From positions 86,552 to 150,551 of the forward strand of contig JAKAKW010000002.1 of NCBI GenBank assembly GCA_021824345.1: 64,000 nt of DNA, in the 5' to 3' direction. The DNA is from a bacterium (GTDB lineage: Bacteria > Patescibacteriota > Minisyncoccia > Phycocordibacterales > UBA9973). This document shows, piece by piece, positions 30,997 through 41,321 of this stretch; the first letter of the stretch is position 1, and each line of letters starts with the position of its first letter. The notes under the pieces are model-generated. The model was not told the DNA's origin and did no database searches. It worked only from the letters and a program-made list of their open reading frames with translations. A program made the translations under genes and the position numbers.

Positions 30997-32061
30997 ATGC
31001 TTTATATTCCTTTCTACGATCCGGAAAAATCCTACGAAGAGAACTTCATCGACGGTCCCTTCGGCGCATTCGCGGACGGAAAAAAATATGAGAACGAGGG
31101 AAAGCCGAAGTACGATTTTTTCGGGGCTCCGGTATATGCGCCCTTCGGCATCCCGGCGGGCCCGCTCATAAACACTAAGTTTGCCAAAGCTGCCCTGGAT
31201 AAAGGTTTTGATATCGTTACATATAAGACAGTGCGCAGCGGAAAATACCCCACTCATCCGTGGCCCAATGTGCTTTCGGTGAAGGTGGACGGCGATTTGA
31301 CCATTGAAAAAGCGGGTGAAAAGCTTGTTGCGGGCCGTGACTATTCTGAGCCGCTTTCAATCACCAACTCCTTCGGGGTGCCGTCGTTTGAGCCCGAATT
31401 CTGGCAGAAAGATATTGCCGAGCTTATAAAATATGCAAAACCGGGACAGGCGGTAGTGGGAGCTTTCCAGGGGACCAAGAAAGAAAGACAGGGAAAGGAT
31501 GCTTACATTCAAGATTTTCGGGACGTCGCTCTTCTCATGAAAGAGACTGGGGTGAAAGTAATGGAAGTGAATCTCAGCTGTCCGAATGAAGGAACCGCGA
31601 ACCTGCTTTGTTACGACATCTCGCGGAGCGCGGAGGTGGCAAGGGCGATAAAGGAAGAAATAGGGGATATCCCGCTCATTGTGAAAACAGGATATTTCAG
31701 AGATGATACCGAACTTGAGAATTTTGCGAAGGAAGTAGGCGGAATCGCGGATGGAATTTCCGCCATCAATACCATTCCCGCAGAAATTGTGGATGAAAAC
31801 GGCGGGCAGGCCCTGCCCGGAGAGGGGAGACAGAAAAGCGGTGTATGCGGGCATGCCATAAAATGGGCGGGCCTGGATATGGCGCGCCGGCTTGCCGGAC
31901 TGCGCGAAAAGCTCGGGTACCGATTCAAGATAATAGGGGTAGGCGGAGTATCTTCCCCCGCGGATTTTCAGGAATACAGGCAAGCCGGCGCCGATTACGT
32001 CATGTCCGCCACCGGCGCCATGTGGAATCCGCATTTAGCTCAGGAAATAAAAGAATCTTAG
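30997..32061 (+). CDS. Dihydroorotate dehydrogenase-like FMN oxidoreductase
   Basis: GIPAGP, TYKT, EVNLSCPN, AINT, IIGVGG. Confidence 0.75.
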   Translation: MLYIPFYDPEKSYEENFIDGPFGAFADGKKYENEGKPKYDFFGAPVYAPFGIPAGPLINTKFAKAALDKGFDIVTYKTVRSGKYPTHPWPNVLSVKVDGDLTIEKAGEKLVAGRDYSEPLSITNSFGVPSFEPEFWQKDIAELIKYAKPGQAVVGAFQGTKKERQGKDAYIQDFRDVALLMKETGVKVMEVNLSCPNEGTANLLCYDISRSAEVARAIKEEIGDIPLIVKTGYFRDDTELENFAKEVGGIADGISAINTIPAEIVDENGGQALPGEGRQKSGVCGHAIKWAGLDMARRLAGLREKLGYRFKIIGVGGVSSPADFQEYRQAGADYVMSATGAMWNPHLAQEIKES

Positions 32062-32084
32062 TTTCTTATTGCTTGATAATTTGG

Positions 32085-32223
32085 GCCGGGTAAATATTTG
32101 TCTTTGAGCGGGTTGTGTGGCCGAGCGGGCACGGTTCGAGCGTAGGCGAAAGAGCGAGGCCGAGCCCTCGAGCCGGCTCGCTGGGCCGGCGAGAAAAGCG
32201 AAGAGGCAGAATATTTACCCGGC
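32085..32223. repeat. Intergenic fold-back element E3
   Basis: Terminal IR GCCGGGTAAATATT...AATATTTACCCGGC around a GC-rich core containing TGGCCGAGC. Confidence 0.7.
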
Positions 32224-32430
32224 TCTCTCATCCGTTTGACAATATTCCTCAATCTGCTAATATGGTGGCAACTGCACTTTCGCGGTTTTTTTGTTGCCAA
32301 TTTTACAAACTGGCGTAAAAAGCTCCCGAAAATGCTTTAAATTATCAATTATTATTAATCACATAGTTAGTGGCCCGGACTTAGCGACTGGTTCTCGTAC
32401 GTTAAGTCAGAGCTGTTAGCTAAAAAAGCT

Positions 32431-33624
32431 ATGGCAGAAGAATTTAAAAGAGACAAGCCCCACATTAACGTGGGCACCATCGGACACGTGGACCACGGGA
32501 AAACCACGCTGACCGCGGCCATTCTCCATGTTTTGGACATGGCCGGAAAGCAAGTCCGCCTGAAAGGAGTGGACCAGATCGACAACGCGCCGGAGGAAAA
32601 GGCGCGCGGGATCACCATTAATATTTCCCACAACGAATATTCCACTGATACCCGGCACTATGCTCACATTGACGCCCCGGGACACGCGGACTATATCAAA
32701 AACATGATAACCGGCGCGGCCCAGATGGACGGCGCTATCCTGGTAGTGGCCGCCACCGACGGAGCCATGCCTCAGACTCGCGAACACGTGCTTCTGGCCC
32801 GCCAAGTGGGAGTGCCGAAGATCATAGTGTTCATGAACAAGTGCGACATGGTTGACGATAATGACATGTTGGACATGGTGGAAGAGGAAATACGCGATTT
32901 GCTCACCAAGCAGAATTTTGACGGCGCAAACGCTCCGGTCATCCGCGGTTCCGCTCTGAAAGCTCTGGAGGCGAAGGATGTAAACGATCCTTGGGCTCAG
33001 AAAGTGCTTGAGCTGGTAAACGCTCTTGATACTTACATTCCTGTTCCTGAACGAGACACTTCCAAACCGTTTCTTATGCCCGTGGAGGACATTTTCTCCA
33101 TTGAAGGCCGGGGAACCGTGGTTACCGGAAAGATTGAACGCGGAGTTGTGAAAGTGGGTGAAGAAGTGGAAATCGTAGGTATTCGCCCCACCCAGAAGGC
33201 TACCATTACCGGGATTGAAATGTTCAACAAGAACCTGCAAGAAGGCATGGCTGGCGACAACGCCGGAGTGCTTTTGCGCGGATTAAAGAAAGAGGATGTC
33301 GCTCGCGGACAGGTTCTGTCCAAGCCGGGTACCGTTACTCCGCATGATAATTTCACCGCTGAAGTGTATGTTCTGAAGAAAGAGGAAGGCGGACGCCACA
33401 CTCCGTTCTTTAACGGTTACAAGCCTCAGTTCTACATTCGTACTACGGACGTGACCGGAGAAGTGACCCTGGCAGAGGGCACGGAAATGGTAATGCCCGG
33501 CGATACCGTGAATGTGACCGTGAAGCTGGTAACCCCTGTCGCTCTTGAGGAACAGCAAAGGTTTGCCATCCGCGAAGGAGGCAAGACTGTAGGCGCCGGA
33601 GTAGTCACCAAGATTCTGGGATAG
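32431..33624 (+). CDS. tuf: Elongation factor Tu
   Basis: [21 protein letters not shown]. Confidence 0.99.
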   Translation: MAEEFKRDKPHINVGTIGHVDHGKTTLTAAILHVLDMAGKQVRLKGVDQIDNAPEEKARGITINISHNEYSTDTRHYAHIDAPGHADYIKNMITGAAQMDGAILVVAATDGAMPQTREHVLLARQVGVPKIIVFMNKCDMVDDNDMLDMVEEEIRDLLTKQNFDGANAPVIRGSALKALEAKDVNDPWAQKVLELVNALDTYIPVPERDTSKPFLMPVEDIFSIEGRGTVVTGKIERGVVKVGEEVEIVGIRPTQKATITGIEMFNKNLQEGMAGDNAGVLLRGLKKEDVARGQVLSKPGTVTPHDNFTAEVYVLKKEEGGRHTPFFNGYKPQFYIRTTDVTGEVTLAEGTEMVMPGDTVNVTVKLVTPVALEEQQRFAIREGGKTVGAGVVTKILG

Positions 33625-33644
33625 GAATCTGAATAAAGAAAAGA

Positions 33645-34091
33645 ATGCCAACATCGGATACAAAAAGCAAAAAGCCGGCCAAGCCGGCGGACGGTTCCGC
33701 TCGCAGCGCTTCTCAAAATGAAGGAGAAGGAAGCAAGCGCTCAAAAGGCGCTAAGGGCTCCAAAGAGGCGAAGAAAGCGGACGGTCATGTCATATTGCGC
33801 ATCAGGGTACGCGCTTACGAGAGCAAGATCCTGGATGCGTCCGTAAAGCAGATCATAGACACTGCGGCCCGCTATGATGCGGAAATCGTAGGTCCGGTGC
33901 CCCTGCCTACAGAAATAAAAAAGTACACGGTGAACCGCGCTTCTTTCGTATATAAAAATTCCCGGGAACAGTTTGAAATTCGGGTGCACAAACGGTTGAT
34001 AGACATAGTGAATCCAAATCCGAATACGGTAGAGGCTCTGACCAATATGTCCCTGCCTTCCGGAGTGGATATTGACGTGAAAATGCTATAG
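33645..34091 (+). CDS. rpsJ: 30S ribosomal protein S10 with basic N-terminal extension
   Basis: GPVPLPT, REQFEIRVHKRLIDI. Confidence 0.95.
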   Translation: MPTSDTKSKKPAKPADGSARSASQNEGEGSKRSKGAKGSKEAKKADGHVILRIRVRAYESKILDASVKQIIDTAARYDAEIVGPVPLPTEIKKYTVNRASFVYKNSREQFEIRVHKRLIDIVNPNPNTVEALTNMSLPSGVDIDVKML

Positions 34092-34093
34092 AC

Positions 34094-34720
34094 ATGAAAT
34101 TCATACTTGGCACAAAAGAAGAGATGACCGAGTATTTCGCCGAAGACGGAAAAGTGTTTCCGGCTACCGTGATCTCTGCCGGCCCCATTACCGTCACCAA
34201 GGTGAAAACCGCGGAGTCTGACGGGTACGACGCCGTGCAAGTCGGATTCGGAAAGAAAAATCAAGGAAAGACAGGCAAAGCCGAAAAGGGACGCGCGAAG
34301 GACGGCGTAAATTTCCGCTATGTTCGGGAATTTAGGATAAAGGGAAGCGGGGAGCCCGCTTTAAAAGCCGGAGATGTCATCACCGCAGGCGATATATTTA
34401 AAGCGGGGGATAAAGTGCGGGTGTCCGGAACTTCCAAAGGAAAAGGATTTCAAGGAGTGGTGAAGCGCCACGGTTTCCATGGCGGTCCCCGTTCCCATGG
34501 ACAGAAGCATTCCGAAAGAGAGCCGGGTTCTATCGGCGGAGGGTTGAGAAACAAAGTGCCGAAGGGAAAAAGAATGGCCGGCCGAATGGGAGGAGACAGA
34601 ATCACTCAAAAGAATCTTGAGGTGGTGCTGGTGGAAAAAGACAGCAATCTTCTTCTGGTAAAAGGAGCGGTTCCCGGAGTTCGCGGAAGCTTGATTGAAA
34701 TAGTTGATACGGGCAAATAA
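34094..34720 (+). CDS. rplC: 50S ribosomal protein L3
   Basis: SKGKGFQGVVKRH, MAGRMG. Confidence 0.97.
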   Translation: MKFILGTKEEMTEYFAEDGKVFPATVISAGPITVTKVKTAESDGYDAVQVGFGKKNQGKTGKAEKGRAKDGVNFRYVREFRIKGSGEPALKAGDVITAGDIFKAGDKVRVSGTSKGKGFQGVVKRHGFHGGPRSHGQKHSEREPGSIGGGLRNKVPKGKRMAGRMGGDRITQKNLEVVLVEKDSNLLLVKGAVPGVRGSLIEIVDTGK

Positions 34721-34730
34721 TTTTAAAATC

Positions 34731-35390
34731 ATGGAAGCGAAAGTTTACAACAAAGAAGGAAAGGAAAGCGGAACGGTCTCTCTGCCCGAGAAGGTTTTCG
34801 GCGCAAAGTGGCGCCCCGATCTGGTGCATCAAGCGGTCATGGGAATGAAAAGCAATGAGCGCGCCGGAACCGCCGATGCAAAAGGGCGCGGAGAAGTTTC
34901 CGGCGGAGGCAAAAAGCCCTGGCGGCAGAAAGGAACCGGACGGGCGCGGCACGGCTCCATTCGGAGTCCCATCTGGGTCGGGGGAGGAGTGACTCATGGT
35001 CCATTGTCGGAAAAAAATTACAATCGGAAAGTTTCCAAAAAGATGCGCGTTGAAGCCTTGTATTCGGTACTCTCAAAGAAGCTCAAGGAAGGGGAAATCT
35101 TTTTCATAGATTCCCTGGCAATTTCTTCCGGCAAGACAAAAGATGCCGACAAGACGGTGCTTAACCTATCTAAAATCTCCGGGTTGGAACCGCTGCATTC
35201 TTCCAAGAAAAAGCGCGCTCTTGCCACATTGTTTGAAAGCGACGAGAAAACAAAAAAAAGCTTCCGCAATCTCGCCCAGCTGCAAGTATCTTCTCTGAAA
35301 AATCTTAATCCGAAGGAGGCTCTTGATTACAAATTCATTCTGATAGAGAAGCCGGAAGACAGCGCCAAGTTTTTGGCGTCGAGGAAGTAA
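34731..35390 (+). CDS. rplD: 50S ribosomal protein L4
   Basis: KPWRQKGTGRARHGSIRSP. Confidence 0.97.
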   Translation: MEAKVYNKEGKESGTVSLPEKVFGAKWRPDLVHQAVMGMKSNERAGTADAKGRGEVSGGGKKPWRQKGTGRARHGSIRSPIWVGGGVTHGPLSEKNYNRKVSKKMRVEALYSVLSKKLKEGEIFFIDSLAISSGKTKDADKTVLNLSKISGLEPLHSSKKKRALATLFESDEKTKKSFRNLAQLQVSSLKNLNPKEALDYKFILIEKPEDSAKFLASRK

Positions 35391-35399
35391 TTAAATTTT

Positions 35400-35678
35400 A
35401 TGATTGAAGCTATAAAAATAATAAAAAATCCGAGAATCACCGAAAAAGCGTCCGCAGGCTACGCGGCCGGCGCGTACTCTTTTGAGGTTGCCCCTTCCGC
35501 CGGGAAAAAAGAAGTGATGAAGGCGATTTTTGAAATATACAAAATCCGGCCGGTGCGGGTGAACATTTTGCGGATTCCGAAGAAAAAAGTTTTTTCAAAG
35601 GGCAAGCGCGGGGTTAAAAGCGGAGGAAAAAAAGCCATAGTTTATCTTAAGGAAGGGGATAAGATAGATTTGATATAA
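35400..35678 (+). CDS. rplW: 50S ribosomal protein L23
   Basis: PRITEKA, KKAIVYL; operon position. Confidence 0.95.
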   Translation: MIEAIKIIKNPRITEKASAGYAAGAYSFEVAPSAGKKEVMKAIFEIYKIRPVRVNILRIPKKKVFSKGKRGVKSGGKKAIVYLKEGDKIDLI

Positions 35679-35682
35679 AAAG

Positions 35683-36528
35683 ATGAAAAAGTACAGACCG
35701 ACAACCAAATCAAGAAGACAGGCTACCAACGTCACTTATCGGGGCGTGCTTACAAAGGCTGCGCCGGAGAAGTCGCTGACCCGCGGATTCCGCCGGGCGG
35801 TGGGCCGAAACAGCCAGGGACGCATTACCGTCCGGCACAAAGGTTCCGGGCACAAGCGCCTGTACCGGGAAGTGGATTTTAAATATGACAAGATTGATGT
35901 TCCGGCCAAGATCAAAAGCGTGGAATATGATCCGAATCGTTCCGCTTTTATAGGGTTGGCCGTATATAAAGACGGAGAAAAGAGATATGTGGTCCTGCCG
36001 AAGTCGGTGAAGCCCGGAGACTCTTTTGTTGTTTCCCCGAAGGCGGAGCTTTCTTTCGGCAATCGTCTTCCGCTTCGAAACATTCCGGTCGGCACCTTTG
36101 TGCACAACGTTGAGCTAAAACCCGGAGGCGGAGCGAAAATCGCCCGCGGGGCGGGAGTTTTTGCCCAAGTGGTGGCAAATGCGGACGGCTACACCAACTT
36201 GAAGATGCCTTCTTCTGAAGTGCGAAAAGTGAAAGAAGAATGCTACGCCTCAATCGGCACTGTCTCCAATGAAGAGCATCATCTGGAAAATTACGGCAAA
36301 GCCGGACGTTCCCGCTGGAAAGGCATTCGCCCTACGGTGCGCGGAACGGCCATGAACCCGGTAGACCATCCATACGGAGGGGGAGAAGGCCGGCAAGGAC
36401 GAGGCATAAAGCGCCCGAAGACCCTTTGGGGTAAAGTTACCGGCGGCCGGAAGACCCGACACCCTAAAAAGTATTCAGACTCATTTATCGTTTCTCGGCG
36501 GGTGAAAAAGGGAAGGAAGAAGTCTTAA
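35683..36528 (+). CDS. rplB: 50S ribosomal protein L2
   Basis: EYDPNRSA, RGTAMNPVDHPYGGGEG. Confidence 0.98.
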   Translation: MKKYRPTTKSRRQATNVTYRGVLTKAAPEKSLTRGFRRAVGRNSQGRITVRHKGSGHKRLYREVDFKYDKIDVPAKIKSVEYDPNRSAFIGLAVYKDGEKRYVVLPKSVKPGDSFVVSPKAELSFGNRLPLRNIPVGTFVHNVELKPGGGAKIARGAGVFAQVVANADGYTNLKMPSSEVRKVKEECYASIGTVSNEEHHLENYGKAGRSRWKGIRPTVRGTAMNPVDHPYGGGEGRQGRGIKRPKTLWGKVTGGRKTRHPKKYSDSFIVSRRVKKGRKKS

Positions 36529-36600
36529 AAGTTGACTTTATCCGCCGTTCTGCTATTATGGAACAAGCTCGGAAACGAGCTTGTTTTCGTATGTACTCAA

Positions 36601-36951
36601 ATGACTAGATCAATCAAGAAAGGAATATATGTGGATGAAAAGCTCTTGGCAAAAATCAAGGGTAAAAATCCCCTCTCTACTCCGGTTATCAAGACCTGGA
36701 AAAGAGCAAGCCAGATTTCACCGGAAATGGTGGGATTTACTTTCGGGGTGCACAATGGAAAAACCCATATAGAAGTGCTGGTAAGCGAAGATATGGTTGG
36801 TCACCGCCTCGGGGAATTTTCTCCCACCAGGAAGTTTATAAAGCACGGCGGAAAGATGCAGAAGGAATTGGAACAGAAGAAGAAAGAGGCGGAAATAGCC
36901 CAGGCAAAGGCGGCCACGGCGGCATCGGACGCGGCGGGCAGTAAGAAATAA
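36601..36951 (+). CDS. rpsS: 30S ribosomal protein S19
   Basis: [21 protein letters not shown]. Confidence 0.97.
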   Translation: MTRSIKKGIYVDEKLLAKIKGKNPLSTPVIKTWKRASQISPEMVGFTFGVHNGKTHIEVLVSEDMVGHRLGEFSPTRKFIKHGGKMQKELEQKKKEAEIAQAKAATAASDAAGSKK

Positions 36952-36959
36952 ACACAAAG

Positions 36960-37361
36960 ATGAAAGCATCTCTCAAAAATTACAGGCATTCTCCCCGCAA
37001 GGTCCGCAAAGTGACGGATTTGGTAAAGGGCAAGGCATTTAACGCGGCAGTCGCGGAACTTGACCGCCTTCCAAAGCGCGCAGCTTTCCCGGTAAGGAAG
37101 CTCATAATGTCCGCGGCGGCCAACGCGGCCGAGAAGGGGACGGAAAAGGAAAATCTTTTCATAAAAGACATTCGAGTTGATGAAGGAACGGTTTTGAAAC
37201 GCATGGTGCCCAGAGCCATGGGCCGGGGAGTGATAATCAAAAAGCGTTCCAGCAGGATTTCCGTCCTTCTGGGAGAAAAATCGCCCGCTCGTTCCGAAGG
37301 AAAGAACAATAAAAAGAAAATGACGGATAAGATAAAAAAAATAGGAAAAAAACATGAGTAA
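36960..37361 (+). CDS. rplV: 50S ribosomal protein L22
   Basis: SPRKVR, SAAANA, PRAMGR. Confidence 0.96.
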   Translation: MKASLKNYRHSPRKVRKVTDLVKGKAFNAAVAELDRLPKRAAFPVRKLIMSAAANAAEKGTEKENLFIKDIRVDEGTVLKRMVPRAMGRGVIIKKRSSRISVLLGEKSPARSEGKNNKKKMTDKIKKIGKKHE

Positions 37362-38031
37362 AATAGTGCATCCATACGCCCATAGGTTGACCATATTGAG
37401 AGACTGGAAGTCCCACTGGTTTGCCGATCGTGGAAAATATCGGGAATATTTGAAAGGCGACGTTCTTCTTCGGGAGTATCTTGAAAAGAGGCTGCGCGGG
37501 ATGTATGTGTCTTCGATAGAAATTGAAAGAAATCAGAAAACCACTCGCTTCATTCTGAGAACTTCCCGTCCCGGGCTTATTATCGGCAGAAGCGGAGAAG
37601 GAGCGGCCAAGCTCAAAGCGGACATCGTAAAAAAAATGGAGAAGCTGAATCTTCCCAAAACAGAAGATTTTAAACTGGAAATCGTGGAAGTGGCCAATCC
37701 GGAAGCGGATGCCTCCATAGTCGCGTACATGGTCGCGGAGGGTTTGGAAAAAAGAATGCCGTATAGAAGGGTGGTCAAGCAGACTCTTGAGAAAGTGATG
37801 GCCACCCAAGGAGTGGAAGGAGCCAAGATAGTGGTTTCCGGACGCCTTGGCGGAGCGGAAATCTCCCGTACGGAAGAGCTGAAGCGCGGTTCCATACCGC
37901 TTCAGACTTTCCGCGCGGACATAGATTTCAAAAGAGAGCGCGCGGTTTTGCCTTATGGCACCATCGGCATAAAGGTTTGGATTTACCGCGGAAAAGTTTT
38001 TGCAGACAAGAAAAAAGAAGTGAAGATTTAA
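37354..38031 (+). CDS. rpsC: 30S ribosomal protein S3
   Basis: RPGLIIGR, SGRLGGAE, GTIGIKVWI. Confidence 0.97.
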   Translation: MSKIVHPYAHRLTILRDWKSHWFADRGKYREYLKGDVLLREYLEKRLRGMYVSSIEIERNQKTTRFILRTSRPGLIIGRSGEGAAKLKADIVKKMEKLNLPKTEDFKLEIVEVANPEADASIVAYMVAEGLEKRMPYRRVVKQTLEKVMATQGVEGAKIVVSGRLGGAEISRTEELKRGSIPLQTFRADIDFKRERAVLPYGTIGIKVWIYRGKVFADKKKEVKI

Positions 38032-38044
38032 TAAATATAAAGCC

Positions 38045-38473
38045 ATGTTATTGCCCAAAAAAGTAAAATACAGGAAATGGCAGACGGGACGCCTGAATCC
38101 TAAGAAAATTTCCCCTGAGACTCGCGGCACCAGTCTTTCTTTCGGATCCTTCGGGCTGAAAGCGGAAACCGCTTCCCGCGTGCGCTCCAACCAGATAGAG
38201 TCGGCGAGAAAAGTAGTGGCAAGAACGCTTACCAAGACGGGCAAGTACTGGATTCGCATATTTCCAGATCGTCCCTATACCGCCAAAGCGGCGGAGGTGG
38301 GAATGGGCAAGGGAAAAGGGGATCCTCAAGGATACTGCGCCGAAGTTATGCCCGGGCGGATAATATTTGAAGTGGATGGAGTGGAAGAGCCGGTGGCAAA
38401 GGAAGCCCTGCGCAAAGCCGGTTCCAAACTTCCCATGAAGACAAGAATAGTTTCCAGAATCGAAAACAAGTAA
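38045..38473 (+). CDS. rplP: 50S ribosomal protein L16
   Basis: WIRIFPD, MGKGKG. Confidence 0.97.
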   Translation: MLLPKKVKYRKWQTGRLNPKKISPETRGTSLSFGSFGLKAETASRVRSNQIESARKVVARTLTKTGKYWIRIFPDRPYTAKAAEVGMGKGKGDPQGYCAEVMPGRIIFEVDGVEEPVAKEALRKAGSKLPMKTRIVSRIENK

Positions 38474-38474
38474 T

Positions 38475-38693
38475 ATGAAAAAGAAAGAGGAAAATTTAAA
38501 ATCATTCAGCGCGGAGGAATTGAAAAAGCGCCTGAGCGAGCTCGAGGAAAAAATGCGCTCCCTGAAGTTCAAAGCGGAAGGCGCTAAATCCAAGAACGTA
38601 AAAGAGGGAAGGAATCTGCGAAAGGAAATCGCCCGCACCCTTACCGAAATGAGTGATCCGAAGCGCAAACAAAACAGCCATGGAAAAAAATAA
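38475..38693 (+). CDS. rpmC: 50S ribosomal protein L29
   Basis: [10 protein letters not shown]; operon position. Confidence 0.9.
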   Translation: MKKKEENLKSFSAEELKKRLSELEEKMRSLKFKAEGAKSKNVKEGRNLRKEIARTLTEMSDPKRKQNSHGKK

Positions 38694-38910
38694 ACAAACC
38701 TTAAAAGGCACGGTGGTAGGCGACAAGATGGATAAAACCGTCGTGGTTTCAGTGTCGCGCTTCGTGAAGCACCCGAAATACGGAAAATATTACAAGATAA
38801 GCAAAAAGTATAAGGCGCACGATCCGGAAAACAAATGCAAAGTCGGAGACAAAGTGGAAATATCTCCCTGCCGTCCGATTTCAAAGGACAAGAGATTCCG
38901 GGTAGTTTAA
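38680..38910 (+). CDS. rpsQ: 30S ribosomal protein S17
   Basis: [21 protein letters not shown]. Confidence 0.96.
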   Translation: MEKNKQTLKGTVVGDKMDKTVVVSVSRFVKHPKYGKYYKISKKYKAHDPENKCKVGDKVEISPCRPISKDKRFRVV

Positions 38911-38925
38911 TCTAATAGAAAAATC

Positions 38926-39297
38926 ATGATACAGACGGAAACATTGGTAAAAATAACGGATAACGCCGGAGGCACGGTGGGCAAGGTTTTTAAAATTCTC
39001 GGCAGTTCCAAGAAGCGCTACGCTTCCATAGGAGAGAAGGTTATAATCTCGGTCAAATCAGCCAGTCCGCGCAAGTTGGTGAAAAAGAAAGACGTGCACC
39101 AGGCGGTGGTGGTGCGCACCCGCGAAGCGTATCGGAGAAAAGACGGTTCTTACATTCGCTTTGACGACAACGCGGTAGTGCTTTTGGAAAAGGGGAAAAT
39201 GGACCCGAAAGCCGGGCGCATTTTCGGTCCCATTCCCAGAGAATTGGCGGAAAAAGGATATCAGAAAATAGTATCTCTGGCGCCGGAAGTAATTTAA
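38926..39297 (+). CDS. rplN: 50S ribosomal protein L14
   Basis: IRFDDNAVV, RIFGPIPREL. Confidence 0.97.
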   Translation: MIQTETLVKITDNAGGTVGKVFKILGSSKKRYASIGEKVIISVKSASPRKLVKKKDVHQAVVVRTREAYRRKDGSYIRFDDNAVVLLEKGKMDPKAGRIFGPIPRELAEKGYQKIVSLAPEVI

Positions 39298-39304
39298 TAC
39301 ATAA

Positions 39305-39523
39305 ATGAACATAAAAAAAGGAGACAATATAATAATTATCGCAGGCAAAGACCGGGGCAAAAAAGGAAAAGTGGCCCGGGCGCTTCCAAAGGAAAACAAG
39401 GTGATAGTGGAAGGCGTAAATTTGTATAAGAAGCACCGCCGAGCGAAAACAACCAACGATAAAGGATCGGTGAGCGAGATTCCCATGCCCATGCACGTTT
39501 CAAACGTGAAGAAAGTAGATTAA
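39305..39523 (+). CDS. rplX: 50S ribosomal protein L24 (short form)
   Basis: IKKGD..IAGKDRGKKG, VEGVN, HVSNV. Confidence 0.95.
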   Translation: MNIKKGDNIIIIAGKDRGKKGKVARALPKENKVIVEGVNLYKKHRRAKTTNDKGSVSEIPMPMHVSNVKKVD

Positions 39524-40083
39524 TGCAAAAAGACATGAAACATTTATCTGTAAAAGAAAAAGAAGCGGAAGCCTTTGAAAAACTGAAGGGTGTTTTCCAT
39601 TACAAAGCGAAAATGTCCGCGCCAAAGGTGGTTAAAGTGGTGGTAAGCGTCGGAACCGGAACAAGACAGAAAGCGAACAAGGACACGAATGAATTTGTCA
39701 TCGGGCGGCTGGCCAAAATCACCGGCCAGCGCGGGGCATTGCGCGGAGCCAAAAAATCAGTGTCTTCTTTCAAAATAAGGCAGGGAGATTCCATCGGAGC
39801 GGTGGTCACTTTGCGCGGAAAAAGAATGTACTCTTTTCTGGAGAAGCTTCTGAATGTGGCTTTGCCCAGAACCAAGGACTTTCGCGGAATCAGCCGCAAG
39901 GCGGTGGATGACGTAGGCAACCTTACCATCGGAATTCGCGAACATACCATTTTTCCGGAAACCGCCGATGAAGATATCCGAGACGTATTCGGGCTGTCCG
40001 TAACTTTGGTCTCTACCGCTAAGGATAAAAAAGAGGGCCTGGCCTTCTTTGAACTTTTGGGCGTGCCATTCAAAAAAGAATAA
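39523..40083 (+). CDS. rplE: 50S ribosomal protein L5
   Basis: ITGQ, VTLRGKRMY, LPRTKDFRG. Confidence 0.97.
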   Translation: MQKDMKHLSVKEKEAEAFEKLKGVFHYKAKMSAPKVVKVVVSVGTGTRQKANKDTNEFVIGRLAKITGQRGALRGAKKSVSSFKIRQGDSIGAVVTLRGKRMYSFLEKLLNVALPRTKDFRGISRKAVDDVGNLTIGIREHTIFPETADEDIRDVFGLSVTLVSTAKDKKEGLAFFELLGVPFKKE

Positions 40084-40131
40084 TTTATTAAATGGTTTGA
40101 TTGAGGTATAATAGCTGTGTATACAGCGACC

Positions 40132-40542
40132 ATGGATCCCAAACCATCTTTTGATCAAGAAATAAGCGAAGCTGTACAGCAGTTTGAGACAGAATCAACG
40201 GAAAAACCGGCGCCTTTCGGCAATGAAGGAGCAGAGGCTTCTTCATTGTACCCGCCTCATGCCTCTGTTTCTCAGTCTTCCATTGAAAAGCCTTCGGGCA
40301 TGATCGGGATGGTGATGAAACTCTCCAGCGGAACGGTGAAAACAAGAAAGCAGGCGAATGCGGCGATGTTGATATTCGTAGTTTTGTCGGCGGTTATAAC
40401 TTTGTTTTTACTAACCGGAGGCTTTGCGGGCAAGGCTCCAAACACGACGCCGATATATCAAGAAGATTTGACCCCTACAGCCAGGGCAACTATACCTGGA
40501 AGCGTGCTCAAAACAATACCTTACAAAAATGGGAATAAATGA
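40132..40542 (+). CDS. Hypothetical single-TM protein
   Basis: One hydrophobic helix after QANAAML; overlaps the pilin start. Confidence 0.65.
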   Translation: MDPKPSFDQEISEAVQQFETESTEKPAPFGNEGAEASSLYPPHASVSQSSIEKPSGMIGMVMKLSSGTVKTRKQANAAMLIFVVLSAVITLFLLTGGFAGKAPNTTPIYQEDLTPTARATIPGSVLKTIPYKNGNK

Positions 40543-41026
40543 TTCACAACTGGAAAGAGGTTTCACTCTAATAGAGCTTTTGGTTGTTATAGCAATAATA
40601 GGCGTTTTGGCTTCCGTGGTTCTTGCGAGTCTTACTTCTGCGAGGGAAAAGGCAAAAATAGCAAAGGCTCAATCTGAAATGCGGCAAGTAGTGCAAGCCA
40701 TTATCATAGCCCAAGGGGAACAAGGCAAGCCTCTTCTCGTATTTGCGCCGAATTCAAACTGCGGCCAATGTTATTGCGCTGACATAAATTCCACTTCGTG
40801 TAAAAATAATTGGGTGACCGCCTTGCAACAAATTCAGGACGCAACCAACGGACTGGTTACGGGGTTGACGGCAATGAAGTATGATCCATGGGGACATCCC
40901 TATCTTATTGACGCAAACCAATATGAAGGCGGGTCCAGCGCTTGTTTGAACGCCGATGGTTTTGGGGTATATGGCCAAGGCATACCCAATGCCCCTTCAA
41001 TTCCGCTCAGCCCGGTGTGTCCTTAA
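40529..41026 (+). CDS. Type IV pilin/pseudopilin-like protein
   Basis: Prepilin cleavage motif G-FTLIELLVVIAIIGVLAS, DPWG.PY. Confidence 0.92.
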   Translation: MGINDSQLERGFTLIELLVVIAIIGVLASVVLASLTSAREKAKIAKAQSEMRQVVQAIIIAQGEQGKPLLVFAPNSNCGQCYCADINSTSCKNNWVTALQQIQDATNGLVTGLTAMKYDPWGHPYLIDANQYEGGSSACLNADGFGVYGQGIPNAPSIPLSPVCP

Positions 41027-41321
41027 CAGCAAATTATCAAGAATCAATAAGAAGCGCCAACGCATCAGATACAGGCAAGTATCAGGTCGGCTACGGTTGG
41101 AGCCGCTCCGGCCGGGATTAGCAGGACGAATTAGCTGGGTGACCGGGGCGAGTTTGAACAATAGCCGTATTTGACTTTGCGGCATATTTTGCTAATATGG
41201 CATCCAAGGGAGCGATGCTCCGTTTAATCCGCTTTTCTCCTTTAATTTTCGCTTTCCGGGAGGGTTAAAGGAAAAAAGCGAGATATTGCGGAGCAAGCTT
41301 TCCTCTTTTTATCACGTACCC

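Noticed and set aside
37237-38884. Long antisense ORFs opposite ribosomal genes (also opposite tuf, the P-type ATPases and ftsH)
   Set aside because: Shadow frames of well-identified sense genes with no recognisable motifs
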